DNA of 53,028 bases from the sequence record SRR22947727_1919, one strand, 5' to 3'. The position numbers and the translations under genes are program-made. The stretch's first letter is position 1. Every line of letters begins with the position of its first letter. The notes below the pieces were generated by a model, which was not told the DNA's origin, made no database searches, and saw only the letters and a list, made by a program, of their open reading frames with translations. Shown here piece by piece: positions 1 to 10,302 of the stretch.

Positions 1-27
1 TCACTGGTTCGAACCCAGTATCGCCCA
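1..27 (+). tRNA. 3' part of a tRNA, most likely tRNA-Val (truncated by window start; anticodon not visible)
   Basis: T-arm ACTGG-TTCGAAC-CCAGT (3-19), acceptor 3' strand ATCGCCC (20-26), discriminator A27, then CCG. Resembles the actinobacterial tRNA-Val 3' end, and tRNA-Val genes commonly precede thrS. Confidence 0.8.
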
Positions 28-70
28 CCGAAACGAGCAATAGGCCGAACTCCAACCCGAGGAGCGTGGG

Positions 71-2011
71 GTGACCCAAACCGCCCTTGACATCCTGGGT
101 GCCGACCGATCGGTCGTGGCCGCTCGGATCAACGGAGAAGTACGTGACCTCGCCACCGATGTAACGGCCGAGGACGACGTCCAACCCATCACCGTCGACA
201 GCGACGAGGGGCTGTCCATTCTGCGGCATTCCAGCGCACACGTTGCCGCGCAAGCGGTGCAGAAACTCTTTCCCGACGCCAAGCTCGGAATCGGACCGCC
301 CATCACCGATGGCTTCTATTACGAGTTCGATATGCCGGAACCGTTCACACCTGAGGACCTCAAGGCCATTGAGAAAGAGGCCATCGCCATTGCGAAATCC
401 GGCCAAGAGTTTCGTCGCCGGATCGTCACCGAGGACCAGGCCGTTGCCGAACTCGCACACGAGCCCTACAAGCTGCGACTGATTGGAAGTGACGGCGGCG
501 CAGACGTCATGGAAGTTGGTGGCGTCGAACTCACGGTGTACGACAACGTGGACCGAAAGACCGGAGAGGTGTGTTGGAGCGACCTGTGTCGCGGTCCGCA
601 CGTGCCCAACACGTCGTACATCCCGCCGAACGCGATCAAGATCATGCGGTCGTCCGCGTCTTACTGGCTCGGCGATCAAGCGAACGAGTCACTGCAACGG
701 TTGTATGGCACCGCGTGGCCGTCGAAGGATGCACTCAAGGCGTACCTGACGTTCTTAGAAGAGGCCGAAAGGCGAGACCATCGCCGACTTGGAGCCGAAC
801 TCGACCTGTTCTCCTTCCCTGAGGACATCGGCTCCGGCCTTGCCGTCTTCCACCCCAAAGGTGGTGTGGTGCGTCGGGTCATGGAGGACTACTCGCGCAC
901 CCGGCACGAAGAAGCCGGCTATGAGTTCGTGAACTCCCCGCACATCACTAAGAGTCAACTGTTCGAAAAGTCCGGCCATCTCGACTGGTACGCCGAAGCC
1001 ATGTATCCGCCGATGCACCTCGACGCCGTTGTGGACGCGGAAGGCCAGGTGCGTCGCCAGGGAGCCGACTACTACCTCAAGCCCATGAACTGCCCGATGC
1101 ACAATCTCATCTTCAGCGCGCGCGGGCGTTCCTACCGTGAACTTCCGCTTCGGATGTTTGAATTCGGAACCGTCTACCGATACGAGAAGTCCGGGGTGGT
1201 TCAAGGCCTTACTCGCGCTCGCGGCTTCACCCAAGACGACGCCCATATTTATTGCACCCACGAGCAGATGGCCGGCGAACTCGACAGCCTGCTTACCTTC
1301 GTGCTGAACCTGTTGCGCGACTACGGACTTGAAGACTTCTACCTCGAGTTGTCTACCCGCAACCCGGAAAAATCCGTCGGCGGTGAAGACGAATGGAACC
1401 AGGCAACCCAAGCGCTCAGCGAAGCAGCCACCAAACAGAATCTCGAATTGATCCTCGACGAGGGGGGCGCCGCGTTCTACGGACCCAAGATTTCGGTGCA
1501 AGCCAAGGACGCCATCGGTCGAACCTGGCAGATGAGCACCATCCAGGTGGACTTCCAACTGCCCCAGCGCTTCGATCTGGAGTATCAGGGTTCCGACGGC
1601 ACTAAACAGCGCCCGGTGATGATCCACCGGGCCCTCTTCGGATCCATCGAACGGTTCTTCGCGGTCCTCCTCGAGCACTACGCGGGAGCGTTCCCTCCAT
1701 GGCTCGCTCCTGTTCAAGTGATCGGAATCCCCATCACCGATGATCACGTCGACTACCTCGAGGACGTCGCTGCCAAGTTGCGCCATCGGGGCGTTCGCGT
1801 GGAGGTCGACACCTCCGATGATCGGATGCAAAAGAAGATCCGCAACGCGCAACGAGCAAAAACGCCCTACATGCTGATCGCCGGCGACGATGACGTCGCG
1901 GCGGGGGCCGTTTCCTTCCGATACCGGGACGGAACACAGAACAACGGCGTCGCGATCGATGCGGCCGTCGAGGAAATTGTTACCGCCATCAACGACCGCG
2001 TTCAGGTGTGA
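71..2011 (+). CDS. thrS: Threonine--tRNA ligase
   Basis: 646 aa. Editing motifs RHSSAH and DLCRGPHV, catalytic [40 protein letters not shown] before GTG. Confidence 0.98.
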   Translation: MTQTALDILGADRSVVAARINGEVRDLATDVTAEDDVQPITVDSDEGLSILRHSSAHVAAQAVQKLFPDAKLGIGPPITDGFYYEFDMPEPFTPEDLKAIEKEAIAIAKSGQEFRRRIVTEDQAVAELAHEPYKLRLIGSDGGADVMEVGGVELTVYDNVDRKTGEVCWSDLCRGPHVPNTSYIPPNAIKIMRSSASYWLGDQANESLQRLYGTAWPSKDALKAYLTFLEEAERRDHRRLGAELDLFSFPEDIGSGLAVFHPKGGVVRRVMEDYSRTRHEEAGYEFVNSPHITKSQLFEKSGHLDWYAEAMYPPMHLDAVVDAEGQVRRQGADYYLKPMNCPMHNLIFSARGRSYRELPLRMFEFGTVYRYEKSGVVQGLTRARGFTQDDAHIYCTHEQMAGELDSLLTFVLNLLRDYGLEDFYLELSTRNPEKSVGGEDEWNQATQALSEAATKQNLELILDEGGAAFYGPKISVQAKDAIGRTWQMSTIQVDFQLPQRFDLEYQGSDGTKQRPVMIHRALFGSIERFFAVLLEHYAGAFPPWLAPVQVIGIPITDDHVDYLEDVAAKLRHRGVRVEVDTSDDRMQKKIRNAQRAKTPYMLIAGDDDVAAGAVSFRYRDGTQNNGVAIDAAVEEIVTAINDRVQV

Positions 2012-2012
2012 C

Positions 2013-2552
2013 ATGTCCGACGAATGGGAGCGGATCTACACGCCACACCGAATGGTGTATCTACGGGGAGGAAAAAAGCCGAAAACCACGGACGCCGGCG
2101 ATGACTGCCCCTTCTGCGTAGCGCCGGAGTTGCCTTTGGACGAGGGTCTGGTGTTCGCCCGAGGGCAGGAGGTCTTCGGGGTTTTGAACCTCTACCCGTA
2201 CAACTCCGGTCACGTCATGATCTGCCCCTACCGGCACGTCGCGGACTATCCCGACCTCACCCCGTCCGAAGTAGCCGAACTCGGGGCTTTCACCCAACGA
2301 TCGATGCGCATCCTGCGTCAGGTCGCCACCGCCCAGGGGTTCAACCTCGGCATGAACCAGGGGGCCCTGTCGGGAGCCGGGATCGCCGGCCACCTGCACC
2401 AGCATGTGATCCCGCGATGGGGCGGCGACACGAACTTCATGCCCATCATCGGTCAAACCAAAGTCATCCCCCAGGTCTTGGAAGAGACGCGGAACCTACT
2501 GAGCCAGGCGTGGGACGACGGGGTCGGAATCGCCCCGGAGGGCAGCGCCTAA
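2013..2552 (+). CDS. HIT-family nucleotide hydrolase/phosphorylase (Rv2613c-like Ap4A phosphorylase)
   Basis: ATG at 2013, in frame with ORF 1890..2552. CPFC, NLYPYNSGH and HLHQHVIPRW histidine triad. Conserved position after thrS. Confidence 0.92.
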   Translation: MSDEWERIYTPHRMVYLRGGKKPKTTDAGDDCPFCVAPELPLDEGLVFARGQEVFGVLNLYPYNSGHVMICPYRHVADYPDLTPSEVAELGAFTQRSMRILRQVATAQGFNLGMNQGALSGAGIAGHLHQHVIPRWGGDTNFMPIIGQTKVIPQVLEETRNLLSQAWDDGVGIAPEGSA

Positions 2553-3160
2553 TGCTCAACAACCCGGCCGCCCGCAAGGTCGCTGCGGTCATCATCGATC
2601 CGCCCGCCAAACTTCTGGTGCGGATGAAGGTGAGCCCGGACGCGGTCACCTTGACCGGCACCATCGGTGGCTCCCTGAGCATGCTGATCTTGATCCCGCA
2701 GGGAGAGTTCATCTGGGCGTTCGTCCTTGGCGTCTTCTTCGGTATGAGCGACCTGCTCGACGGGACCATGGCTCGGATGACCGGAAAGAGCGGTCCGTGG
2801 GGGAACTTCCTGGACGCAACCCTCGATCGGATCACCGACGGTGCGGTCTTCGCTGCTCTGGTGCTGTGGGGAATGAATGAAGATAACTACTGGATCGTGG
2901 GCGGTGCGTTGCTGGCGCTGGTCAGCGGACAGGTCGTCTCCTACGCGAAGGCCCGAGCAGAAGCCGTCGGCGCCACGGCGAATGTTGGTATCGCCGAGCG
3001 TGCGGAGCGGCTCATCCTGACCGGCATCGCCATTCTGCTCACCGGCTTCGGTGTCCCGTACGTGCTTGCGATCGCGTTGTGGATCATCGGCATTGCCGGC
3101 GTTGTCACCGTCTTCCAGCGAATGATCGAAGTGCGCCGGCAGTTGCGCTCGGCCACCTAG
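2552..3160 (+). CDS. pgsA: Phosphatidylinositol phosphate synthase (CDP-alcohol phosphatidyltransferase)
   Basis: TAATG overlap with HIT. Motif DLLDGTMAR...GNFLDATLDRITDG, hydrophobic. First gene of the PIM cluster. Confidence 0.93.
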   Translation: MLNNPAARKVAAVIIDPPAKLLVRMKVSPDAVTLTGTIGGSLSMLILIPQGEFIWAFVLGVFFGMSDLLDGTMARMTGKSGPWGNFLDATLDRITDGAVFAALVLWGMNEDNYWIVGGALLALVSGQVVSYAKARAEAVGATANVGIAERAERLILTGIAILLTGFGVPYVLAIALWIIGIAGVVTVFQRMIEVRRQLRSAT

Positions 3161-3165
3161 ACGCC

Positions 3166-4080
3166 ATGGCACCGGTTCCCAACAGCGCCTCCGATGCGCT
3201 CACCACGTGGATCTACGACATCGGCTGGAAAATCGCGCGCACGCTGCCCGAGCCCGCGGCCAACGCGACCTTCCGCCAGATCGCCGATGCTGTGTGGCTC
3301 CGCCGAGCCGGCGGAGTGGGTCAACTCGAACGCAATCTCCGGCGCGTCCATCCGGACGCGAGCGAGGCCGATATCCGAGACATGAGCCGCGCCGGGATGC
3401 GCAGTTACATGCGTTACTGGTGCGAGGCCTTCCGGCTACCCACCTGGTCGAAAGAGCGCATCACCGACACGTTCATCCTCGGCCGCCGCGAGATCCTCGA
3501 CACCGCGTTGGAATCTGGCGGGGCGCTGATGATCACCGGACACATGGCCAACTGGGATCACGCAGGCGCGTGGGCGGCGGCGAGGTACGGATCAGTGACA
3601 TCGGTAGCCGAACGGGTCAAGCCCGAAGGGCTGTTCGACGCGTTTATGGCCTACCGCACCGAACTCGGCATGGACATCTATCCCACCGGACACCCGAACG
3701 TTCTCGGCGAGCTGGCCGGCAAACTTCGGAAGGGGAAACTCGTGGCGCTGGTGGGGGATCGAGACATCAGTCGACGCGGAGTGCACGTGGACTTCTTCGG
3801 TGAGCCGGCGTCGTTTCCCGTCGGACCGGCCACCCTCGCGATCGAGACCGGTGTTCCCCTGCACCCGTTGACCATGTGGTTCGACGGTGACATCAACCGG
3901 GGCTACGTGCACGATCGAGTAGAGGTCCCCACGGTAGGCGACCATGATGAGCGGGTTCGGGCGATCACGCAGCAGCTTGCCCACGGCTGGGAAGCGGGAA
4001 TAACCGAGCACAGTGCCGATTGGCACATGCTGCAAAAGGTGTGGGTCTCGGACCTGACACCCCGAACGGAGGCAACGTGA
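3166..4080 (+). CDS. Phosphatidylinositol mannoside acyltransferase (PatA-like)
   Basis: RYWCEAFRLP, GHMANWD (HxxxxD), DWHMLQ. Lies between pgsA and pimA. Confidence 0.92.
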   Translation: MAPVPNSASDALTTWIYDIGWKIARTLPEPAANATFRQIADAVWLRRAGGVGQLERNLRRVHPDASEADIRDMSRAGMRSYMRYWCEAFRLPTWSKERITDTFILGRREILDTALESGGALMITGHMANWDHAGAWAAARYGSVTSVAERVKPEGLFDAFMAYRTELGMDIYPTGHPNVLGELAGKLRKGKLVALVGDRDISRRGVHVDFFGEPASFPVGPATLAIETGVPLHPLTMWFDGDINRGYVHDRVEVPTVGDHDERVRAITQQLAHGWEAGITEHSADWHMLQKVWVSDLTPRTEAT

Positions 4081-5273
4081 GTCTGCGCGTCGGACTGGTC
4101 TGCCCCTACTCATGGGATGTCCCCGGTGGAGTGCGATCGCACGTCGCCGATCTGGCCGTCACCTTGCGGGGCCGCGGACACTCGGTCAATGTGCTCGCGC
4201 CCGTTGAAGAGGAATCGGTGCTCCCCGACTGGGTGACCGACGGGGGTCGGCCGGTGGCTGTTCCGTATAACGGCGCCGTCGCACGCCTGAGTTTCGGAGT
4301 GAAGGCCACCCGTCGCGTGCGCTCGTGGATTCGAGAGGGCGACTTCGACATCGTCCACATACACGAACCCCTCGCGCCGAGCCTTTCGGTACTCACCTGC
4401 TGGGCGGCGCGAGGGCCACTGGTTGCCACGTGGCACTCCTCGCACGATCGATCGCGGGTCCTATCCGCCGGGTACTACGTCGCGCAGACGGCCATGGAGA
4501 AACTTCGCGGCAGCATTGCCGTGAGCGAGGAGGCCCGACGGACACTCATCGGACATGTGGGTGGTGACGCAGTACTGATCCCCAACGGCGTTCGAGTGAA
4601 GGATTTCACGCCTGAAAGCCACGACCGGCAACGACGTCGCGAACTGTTGTTTCTGGGCCGAGTCGAGGAGCCTCGAAAAGGACTGTCGGTATTGATCGAC
4701 GCCCTACCCGCGATCCTGCAGCAGGTACCCGATCTCGTCGTCAACGTCGCCGGCCCCGGCGACATCGATGATGTGCGCAAGGACTTGCCGGCAGACGTCG
4801 CCCCGGCCGTTCGTTTCCTGGGTGCGGTGACCGACGAAAGAAAACAGGAACTTCTTCGCGAAGTGCAGGTGTACGTCGCCCCGCATACCGGCGGCGAGTC
4901 CTTCGGCATCGTCCTGGTGGAAGCAATGGCCGCCGGCTCGTGTGTTGTCGCTTCCGATATTCCCGCTTTCCGTCACGTGCTGGAAGATGGCAAGTCCGGA
5001 CGTCTGTTCACGGCCAAGGACCCGAAGGCACTCGCCGACGCCGTCCTGTCCGTGCTCGCCGATGACGCCGCGCGCCGGGCTTTGGTCTCCCGCGGATTTC
5101 CGCGCGCTGCTCAATACGACTGGGACACCGTCATCGACGATGTGCTCGCCGTCTACGAGAGCGTGCGGGTGGAGGGCGAGACGGTGAGTGAAGATCTGCG
5201 AGGACAAGCCTTGGGAAGGTTCGCTGCCCGGCCCACCTTCGTCCGTAGCCGCCGCAATGGGGAGGACTCATGA
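4077..5273 (+). CDS. pimA: GDP-mannose-dependent phosphatidylinositol mannosyltransferase (GT4)
   Basis: GTGA overlap. CPYSWDVPGGV, PYNGAVARL, GGESFGIVLVEAMAAG. Confidence 0.93.
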   Translation: MSLRVGLVCPYSWDVPGGVRSHVADLAVTLRGRGHSVNVLAPVEEESVLPDWVTDGGRPVAVPYNGAVARLSFGVKATRRVRSWIREGDFDIVHIHEPLAPSLSVLTCWAARGPLVATWHSSHDRSRVLSAGYYVAQTAMEKLRGSIAVSEEARRTLIGHVGGDAVLIPNGVRVKDFTPESHDRQRRRELLFLGRVEEPRKGLSVLIDALPAILQQVPDLVVNVAGPGDIDDVRKDLPADVAPAVRFLGAVTDERKQELLREVQVYVAPHTGGESFGIVLVEAMAAGSCVVASDIPAFRHVLEDGKSGRLFTAKDPKALADAVLSVLADDAARRALVSRGFPRAAQYDWDTVIDDVLAVYESVRVEGETVSEDLRGQALGRFAARPTFVRSRRNGEDS

Positions 5274-5827
5274 GTTGGTGGTGGGTCGTCGCAGCAGTCA
5301 TCGCTATCGGACTGTTCGGCCTGTACTTGTCGATGACGGCGGGACGATTGGACGCCCTGCATAAACGAATCGATACATCGCGGCTATCGCTGGATGCCCA
5401 ATTGCTTCGACGATCCTCGGTCGCTCTCGAACTCGCCACGAGCGGCGGTCTCGACCCGGCCGGAGCGATAGTCGTCGCCGAGGCTGCACGGGATGCGCGC
5501 ACGGCCGCCGACGAAGACAGTTCGGCGACCGACCGCGCCGATGCAGAAACCACTCTTACCCAGGCACTGTCCGTCACCTTGGATGCAGAGGAGGTGGCCG
5601 AAGTTCGCAGCGCGCCCGGTGGCAGTGAACTGCTCGCGGAACTAGCCGCCTCGGCCCAACGGGTGCAACTGTCCCGCCGATTCCTCAACGACGCGGTTCG
5701 TGCCTGCGCCCAATTGCGCCGCCAACGCCTGGTCACCACCTTCCGGCTAGCCGGCCACACCCCGTGGCCCGACCCTGTGGAGTTCGATGACTCCGTTCCG
5801 GTGGCCCTCGTGGCTTCCTCCTCGTAA
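5270..5827 (+). CDS. Membrane-anchored LemA-like helical protein (resembles the N-terminal half of Rv2609c, no NUDIX domain)
   Basis: N-terminal TM helix. AGRLDALH..LDAQLLRR and LSRRFLNDAVR..RLAG pattern. Conserved position after pimA. Confidence 0.75.
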   Translation: MSWWWVVAAVIAIGLFGLYLSMTAGRLDALHKRIDTSRLSLDAQLLRRSSVALELATSGGLDPAGAIVVAEAARDARTAADEDSSATDRADAETTLTQALSVTLDAEEVAEVRSAPGGSELLAELAASAQRVQLSRRFLNDAVRACAQLRRQRLVTTFRLAGHTPWPDPVEFDDSVPVALVASSS

Positions 5828-5831
5828 CCCG

Positions 5832-5856
5832 CCACCGGATGCGTACCACCGGATGC
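5832..5856 (+). repeat. Direct repeat CCACCGGATGC x2 (14-bp period) in pdxS promoter region
   Basis: Copies at 5832-5842 and 5846-5856. Candidate -10 TACGAT at 5875-5880. Confidence 0.7.
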
Positions 5857-5911
5857 AGTACTCGGCTGCGGCTCTACGATGGGGACCTACGACGTTACGA
5901 GTGAGGTCTAA

Positions 5912-6799
5912 GTGGACGAGCAAGTTGGTACCGACCGCGTCAAGCGCGGCATGGCGGAGATGCTCAAGGGCGGCGTCATCATGGATGTCGTCGACGCGGA
6001 GCAAGCGAAGATCGCCGAGGACGCGGGGGCCGTGGCCGTGATGGCGCTTGAGCGCGTTCCGGCTGATATTCGCGCGCAAGGTGGCGTGGCTCGCATGTCC
6101 GATCCGGAAATGATCACCGGCATTATGGAAGCCGTATCGATCCCGGTCATGGCGAAAGCGCGCATCGGCCACTTCGGTGAGGCCCAAGTACTGCAGAGCC
6201 TCGGCGTTGACTACATCGACGAGTCCGAGGTACTTACCCCCGCCGACTACGCGAACCACATCGACAAGTCGAGCTTCACGGCGCCTTTCGTATGCGGGGC
6301 CACAAACCTTGGGGAAGCGCTGCGCCGCATCACCGAGGGCGCCGCAATGATCCGATCGAAAGGCGAGGCCGGCACCGGTGACGTCTCCAACGCGGTGACC
6401 CACATGCGCAAGATCCTCGGAGAGATCCGACGGCTGCGCTCGATGTCCGAGGACGAGCTCTTCGTCGCCGCCAAGGAACTTCAAGCCCCCTACAACCTCG
6501 TGGTCGAGGTGGCCCGAGATGGCAAGTTGCCCGTGGTGCTGTTCACCGCCGGCGGTATCGCCACGCCCGCGGACGCCGCGATGATGATGCAACTGGGTGC
6601 AGACGGCGTGTTCGTCGGCTCGGGAATCTTCAAGAGCGGAGACCCGAAGTCCCGGGCTGAGGCGACCGTCTCGGCCACACGCAACTTCGACAAGCCGGAG
6701 ATGGTGGCGGACGCATCCCGAGGACTCGGTGAAGCGATGGTCGGATTGAACGTCGCCGATATTCCTGTTCATCACCGCCTCGAAGACCGCGGCTGGTGA
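5912..6799 (+). CDS. pdxS: Pyridoxal 5'-phosphate synthase lyase subunit
   Basis: [41 protein letters not shown]. Confidence 0.98.
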   Translation: MDEQVGTDRVKRGMAEMLKGGVIMDVVDAEQAKIAEDAGAVAVMALERVPADIRAQGGVARMSDPEMITGIMEAVSIPVMAKARIGHFGEAQVLQSLGVDYIDESEVLTPADYANHIDKSSFTAPFVCGATNLGEALRRITEGAAMIRSKGEAGTGDVSNAVTHMRKILGEIRRLRSMSEDELFVAAKELQAPYNLVVEVARDGKLPVVLFTAGGIATPADAAMMMQLGADGVFVGSGIFKSGDPKSRAEATVSATRNFDKPEMVADASRGLGEAMVGLNVADIPVHHRLEDRGW

Positions 6800-7404
6800 C
6801 CAGCACCCCGACTATCGGGGTGCTCGCGCTTCAAGGTGACGTGCGTGAGCACGTCTGGGCATTGGAACGCGCCGGCGCACGGGCGCGCACCGTCCGTCAG
6901 CAAGACGACATTGCCGCCTGTGACGGGTTGGTAATCCCCGGCGGGGAATCCACGACGATGTCGAGACTGGCTGCCATCGAAGGATGGTTCGAGCCGCTAC
7001 GTGTCGCACGAGCCGCCGGAATGCCCATGTTCGGAACATGCGCCGGCATGATCATGCTCGCGGACACTGTCCTTGATGCGCGCGCAGACCAGGAAACCGT
7101 GGGTGGCTTGGACGTCGTGGTTCGCCGCAACGCCTTCGGCCGACAGGTCGACTCCTTCGAGGCCGATCTGAGCGTTCCTACCGTCGGTGACGAGCCGTTC
7201 CCGGCCGTATTCATTCGCGCCCCCTGGGTGGAAAGCGTCGGATCGGAGGTCGAAATCCTGGCGGAGATCACCGAGGGTAAGCGGGCAGGTACCATCGTGG
7301 CTGTCCAGCACGCAGGTCTGTTGGCCACCAGTTTCCACCCGGAATTGGGATCCGACGTTCGATTCCATCGGCTGTTCGTGGAAAACGTCCAAGGGTCACG
7401 TTGA
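6796..7404 (+). CDS. pdxT: PLP synthase glutaminase subunit
   Basis: [27 protein letters not shown]. Confidence 0.97.
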   Translation: MTSTPTIGVLALQGDVREHVWALERAGARARTVRQQDDIAACDGLVIPGGESTTMSRLAAIEGWFEPLRVARAAGMPMFGTCAGMIMLADTVLDARADQETVGGLDVVVRRNAFGRQVDSFEADLSVPTVGDEPFPAVFIRAPWVESVGSEVEILAEITEGKRAGTIVAVQHAGLLATSFHPELGSDVRFHRLFVENVQGSR

Positions 7405-7480
7405 GCCGGGTGCGGTCGGCGTCAGCCCCAGAAGGGCGCTCGCAGAAGGTGCGCGGGCGAGTTGTCGGGAAGGGTTTCGC

Positions 7481-8233
7481 ATGAGCGGTCACTCCAAATG
7501 GGCGACGACCAAACACAAGAAGGCCGTCATCGACGCCAAGCGCGGCAAACTATTCGCCAAGCTGATCAAGAACATCGAGGTAGCCGCCCGCCAAGGAGGA
7601 GGAGACCCCGCCGGCAACCCGACCCTGTTCGACGCCATTCAAAAAGCCCGCAAATCGTCGGTGCCCTTGGACAACATCGAGCGCGCAGTCAAGCGCGGGT
7701 CGGGAGCCGAAGGTGGCGGAGCCGACTGGCAAACGATCATGTACGAGGGGTACGGCCCCAACGGAGTCGCCGTCCTGATCGAGTGTTTGACCGATAATCG
7801 CAACCGCGCGGCGGGCGAGGTGCGGGTGGCCATGACCCGCAACGGAGGCTCGATGGCCGACCCGGGATCCGTCGCCTACATGTTCAACCGCAAAGGCGTC
7901 GTCATCGTCCCGAAAAGCGATGGGCTCACCGAAGACGACCTCCTGCTCGCGGTTCTCGAAGCCGGAGCAGAGGAAGTGAACGACCTGGGAGAGTCATTCG
8001 AGGTCGTCAGCGAGGCCACCGACGTCGTCACCGTGCGCACCGCACTGCAGGACAGCAACATTGACTACGACTCCGCGGAAGCGACGTTTCTTCCATCGGT
8101 GACTGTTCCGCTTGACGAAGACGGAGCCACAAAGGTCTTTCGTTTGATCGAAGCTCTGGAAGACAGCGATGACGTTCAAAATGTGTACGCGAACTTCGAC
8201 GTCAGCGATGACGTGATGGAGAAGGTGGGCTAA
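7481..8233 (+). CDS. YebC/PmpR family protein
   Basis: MSGHSKW start, [28 protein letters not shown]. Confidence 0.97.
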   Translation: MSGHSKWATTKHKKAVIDAKRGKLFAKLIKNIEVAARQGGGDPAGNPTLFDAIQKARKSSVPLDNIERAVKRGSGAEGGGADWQTIMYEGYGPNGVAVLIECLTDNRNRAAGEVRVAMTRNGGSMADPGSVAYMFNRKGVVIVPKSDGLTEDDLLLAVLEAGAEEVNDLGESFEVVSEATDVVTVRTALQDSNIDYDSAEATFLPSVTVPLDEDGATKVFRLIEALEDSDDVQNVYANFDVSDDVMEKVG

Positions 8234-8236
8234 CGC

Positions 8237-9697
8237 GTGTCCGAACAGGAGTCGGGCAAACTTGGGTCGCAACTGCGCGGCTGGGATGCGGCTACTTTTC
8301 GAACGGCGTCCGGTGATCCTCGGCTGCGCAGCACGGTTCTCGCACTGGCCGTGCTGGAACGAGCGCCGGATTGGGAGAGGCTGCGGGCTCGGCTCGAGCG
8401 CCTAACGCACTTCGTTCCCACCCTGCGCATGCGGCCGCTGTACGGAATCTTCGGCGTGTCTGCTCCGCGGTTGGCACTTGATCCGGATTTCGACGTCGAT
8501 GTGCACGTCCACCGGTACTCATTGCCCCAGGGAAGCGGCTGGAACGAATTGCTCGGGGACGCCAGGAGAATGTCGCTGACCGACTTCGATCGCAATCGGC
8601 CCCTGTGGGAAGCGGTCCTCATCGATGGGCTACCTAACGGCGAAGCCGCGTTCATCATGAAACTGCATCATTCGATCGCGGATGGTCAGGCGACCGTGAT
8701 CATGGCGCTGTCTTTATTCGAACTCGGACTTGATCCGAACCCCGAGGACCCACCGACACCCGAGGTGCCCGACGGCGAAGACGTTGGCACCTTGGATATC
8801 GCCCAGGCCAACCTCGAAGACAACCTCCAGCGGATTAAGGGCAGCGCCGAGGGCTTACTGCGCGCCGGTGGACAGATGATGCGTCAAGCAATCAGCGACC
8901 CCACGGGGTCACTAGACACGGTGCGCTCGACCGTCGACTCGATCACCCGTGCGGTGGCCATGCCGGACGCAGCGCTGAGTCCGGTGTGGTCTGAGCGAGG
9001 AACGACGTACCACTTCGGAGCGTTCGAGTTTGCCTTCGACGGGTTGAAGCAAGCGGCGAAGTCTCGAGGGCTCAGCGTGAACGACGCTTTTATGGCTGCC
9101 GTCGCCTCCGCTCTCGATCGGTATCACGATCGGCATGGCTACGAGGTGCCCCGGTTGCGGGTGAACGTCCCGATCAGCCTGCGTGGTGATGCGGGCGATC
9201 GCAGCGCGCAAGCATCGAACGCAGTGTCGATCGCGCGGCTTGAGATGCCGGTAGCCGGCTTGAGCATTGATGAGCTGATGGCCGAAGCGCACGAACTCGT
9301 GGACGCATGGCGCGGTGCGCCCGCAACGCGGATGGCCGATCCGCTCGCGGACGTGAGCTGGTTCGTGCCGGTCCCGGTGCTTGCGCAGGCTGCGCGGGCG
9401 TCGGACCTCACCACCAGCAACGTTCCCGGGCCGCCGATTCCTCTCTACCTCGCCGGGGCAAAGATGGTGGCTGCGTTCCCTCTCGTGGCCACCATCGGGG
9501 CTGCGGTGAACGTGACCATGGTGACCTACGACGGCGCAGCATGCATCGGTGTCTCGACCGATGATCGGTCGGTAACCGACCCAGCCGAGCTGATCGAAGA
9601 TCTGCGATGGGGATTTGAACGGGTCACTGGAGAACACGTCGAACCGGCCGATCGTTACGCGGCGCGTCAGCCGAAGGGTGACACACCGGCCGACTAG
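8237..9697 (+). CDS. Wax ester synthase/diacylglycerol acyltransferase (WS/DGAT)
   Basis: 486 aa. Catalytic HHSIADG, DRNRPLWE, SVNDAFMAA, SNVPGP C-terminal motif. Confidence 0.93.
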   Translation: MSEQESGKLGSQLRGWDAATFRTASGDPRLRSTVLALAVLERAPDWERLRARLERLTHFVPTLRMRPLYGIFGVSAPRLALDPDFDVDVHVHRYSLPQGSGWNELLGDARRMSLTDFDRNRPLWEAVLIDGLPNGEAAFIMKLHHSIADGQATVIMALSLFELGLDPNPEDPPTPEVPDGEDVGTLDIAQANLEDNLQRIKGSAEGLLRAGGQMMRQAISDPTGSLDTVRSTVDSITRAVAMPDAALSPVWSERGTTYHFGAFEFAFDGLKQAAKSRGLSVNDAFMAAVASALDRYHDRHGYEVPRLRVNVPISLRGDAGDRSAQASNAVSIARLEMPVAGLSIDELMAEAHELVDAWRGAPATRMADPLADVSWFVPVPVLAQAARASDLTTSNVPGPPIPLYLAGAKMVAAFPLVATIGAAVNVTMVTYDGAACIGVSTDDRSVTDPAELIEDLRWGFERVTGEHVEPADRYAARQPKGDTPAD

Positions 9698-9726
9698 CGT
9701 GTGAGGGTTCAGGCGAGGAGGCCACC

Positions 9727-10302
9727 GTGACGCATGCGACCCGAATTCTCGGGGTGGATCCCGGGCTCACGCGGTGCGGAGTGGCGGTCATCAAAGGCAG
9801 TGCAGGGCAGAAGGTCTCGCTGCTGCACATCGGCGTTTTCGGCACTGATCCCGGTGATTCCATCGAGCAGCGCCTGATCTCAATCGAACGCGACATGGAG
9901 GGCCTCGTCGACGAATGGGAGCCCGACGTGATCGCAGTGGAGCGAGTGTTCAGTCAGCACAACGTGCGGACGGCAATGGCCACTGCCCAGGCCGCTGCGG
10001 TCGCTCTTCTCGTTGCGGCCCGCCGAGGCCTTCCGGTGGCGATGCACACGCCCACAGAGGTCAAAGCCGCGGTCACCGGTAACGGTCGCGCCGACAAGGC
10101 GCAGGTGACTGCCATGGTTACTCGGGTCTTACGACTGGACACACCACCCAAGCCGGCCGATGCAGCGGATGCTGCCGCGATCGCTATTTGTCATGCCTGG
10201 CGGGGAGCGGCCACGCAGCGCCTGGAGCGTGCCCGCCGCGAGATGGCATCCCAGCGTTCATCAGGGGGTTCCACCCAGCGAGCGGCGGCAGCGCGTCGAT
10301 GA
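9727..10302 (+). CDS. ruvC: Crossover junction endodeoxyribonuclease RuvC
   Basis: ILGVDPGLTRCG, AVERVF, VTGNGRADKAQV, PADAADA. GAGGAG SD. Confidence 0.97.
   Translation: MTHATRILGVDPGLTRCGVAVIKGSAGQKVSLLHIGVFGTDPGDSIEQRLISIERDMEGLVDEWEPDVIAVERVFSQHNVRTAMATAQAAAVALLVAARRGLPVAMHTPTEVKAAVTGNGRADKAQVTAMVTRVLRLDTPPKPADAADAAAIAICHAWRGAATQRLERARREMASQRSSGGSTQRAAAARR

Noticed and set aside
755..2014. 419-aa minus-strand ORF opposite thrS, and similar long antisense ORFs (5747-6775, 10343-11599, 22587-23531, 23750-24790)
   Set aside because: Shadow ORFs expected from high-GC codon bias. They fully overlap well-supported genes and show no recognisable motifs.
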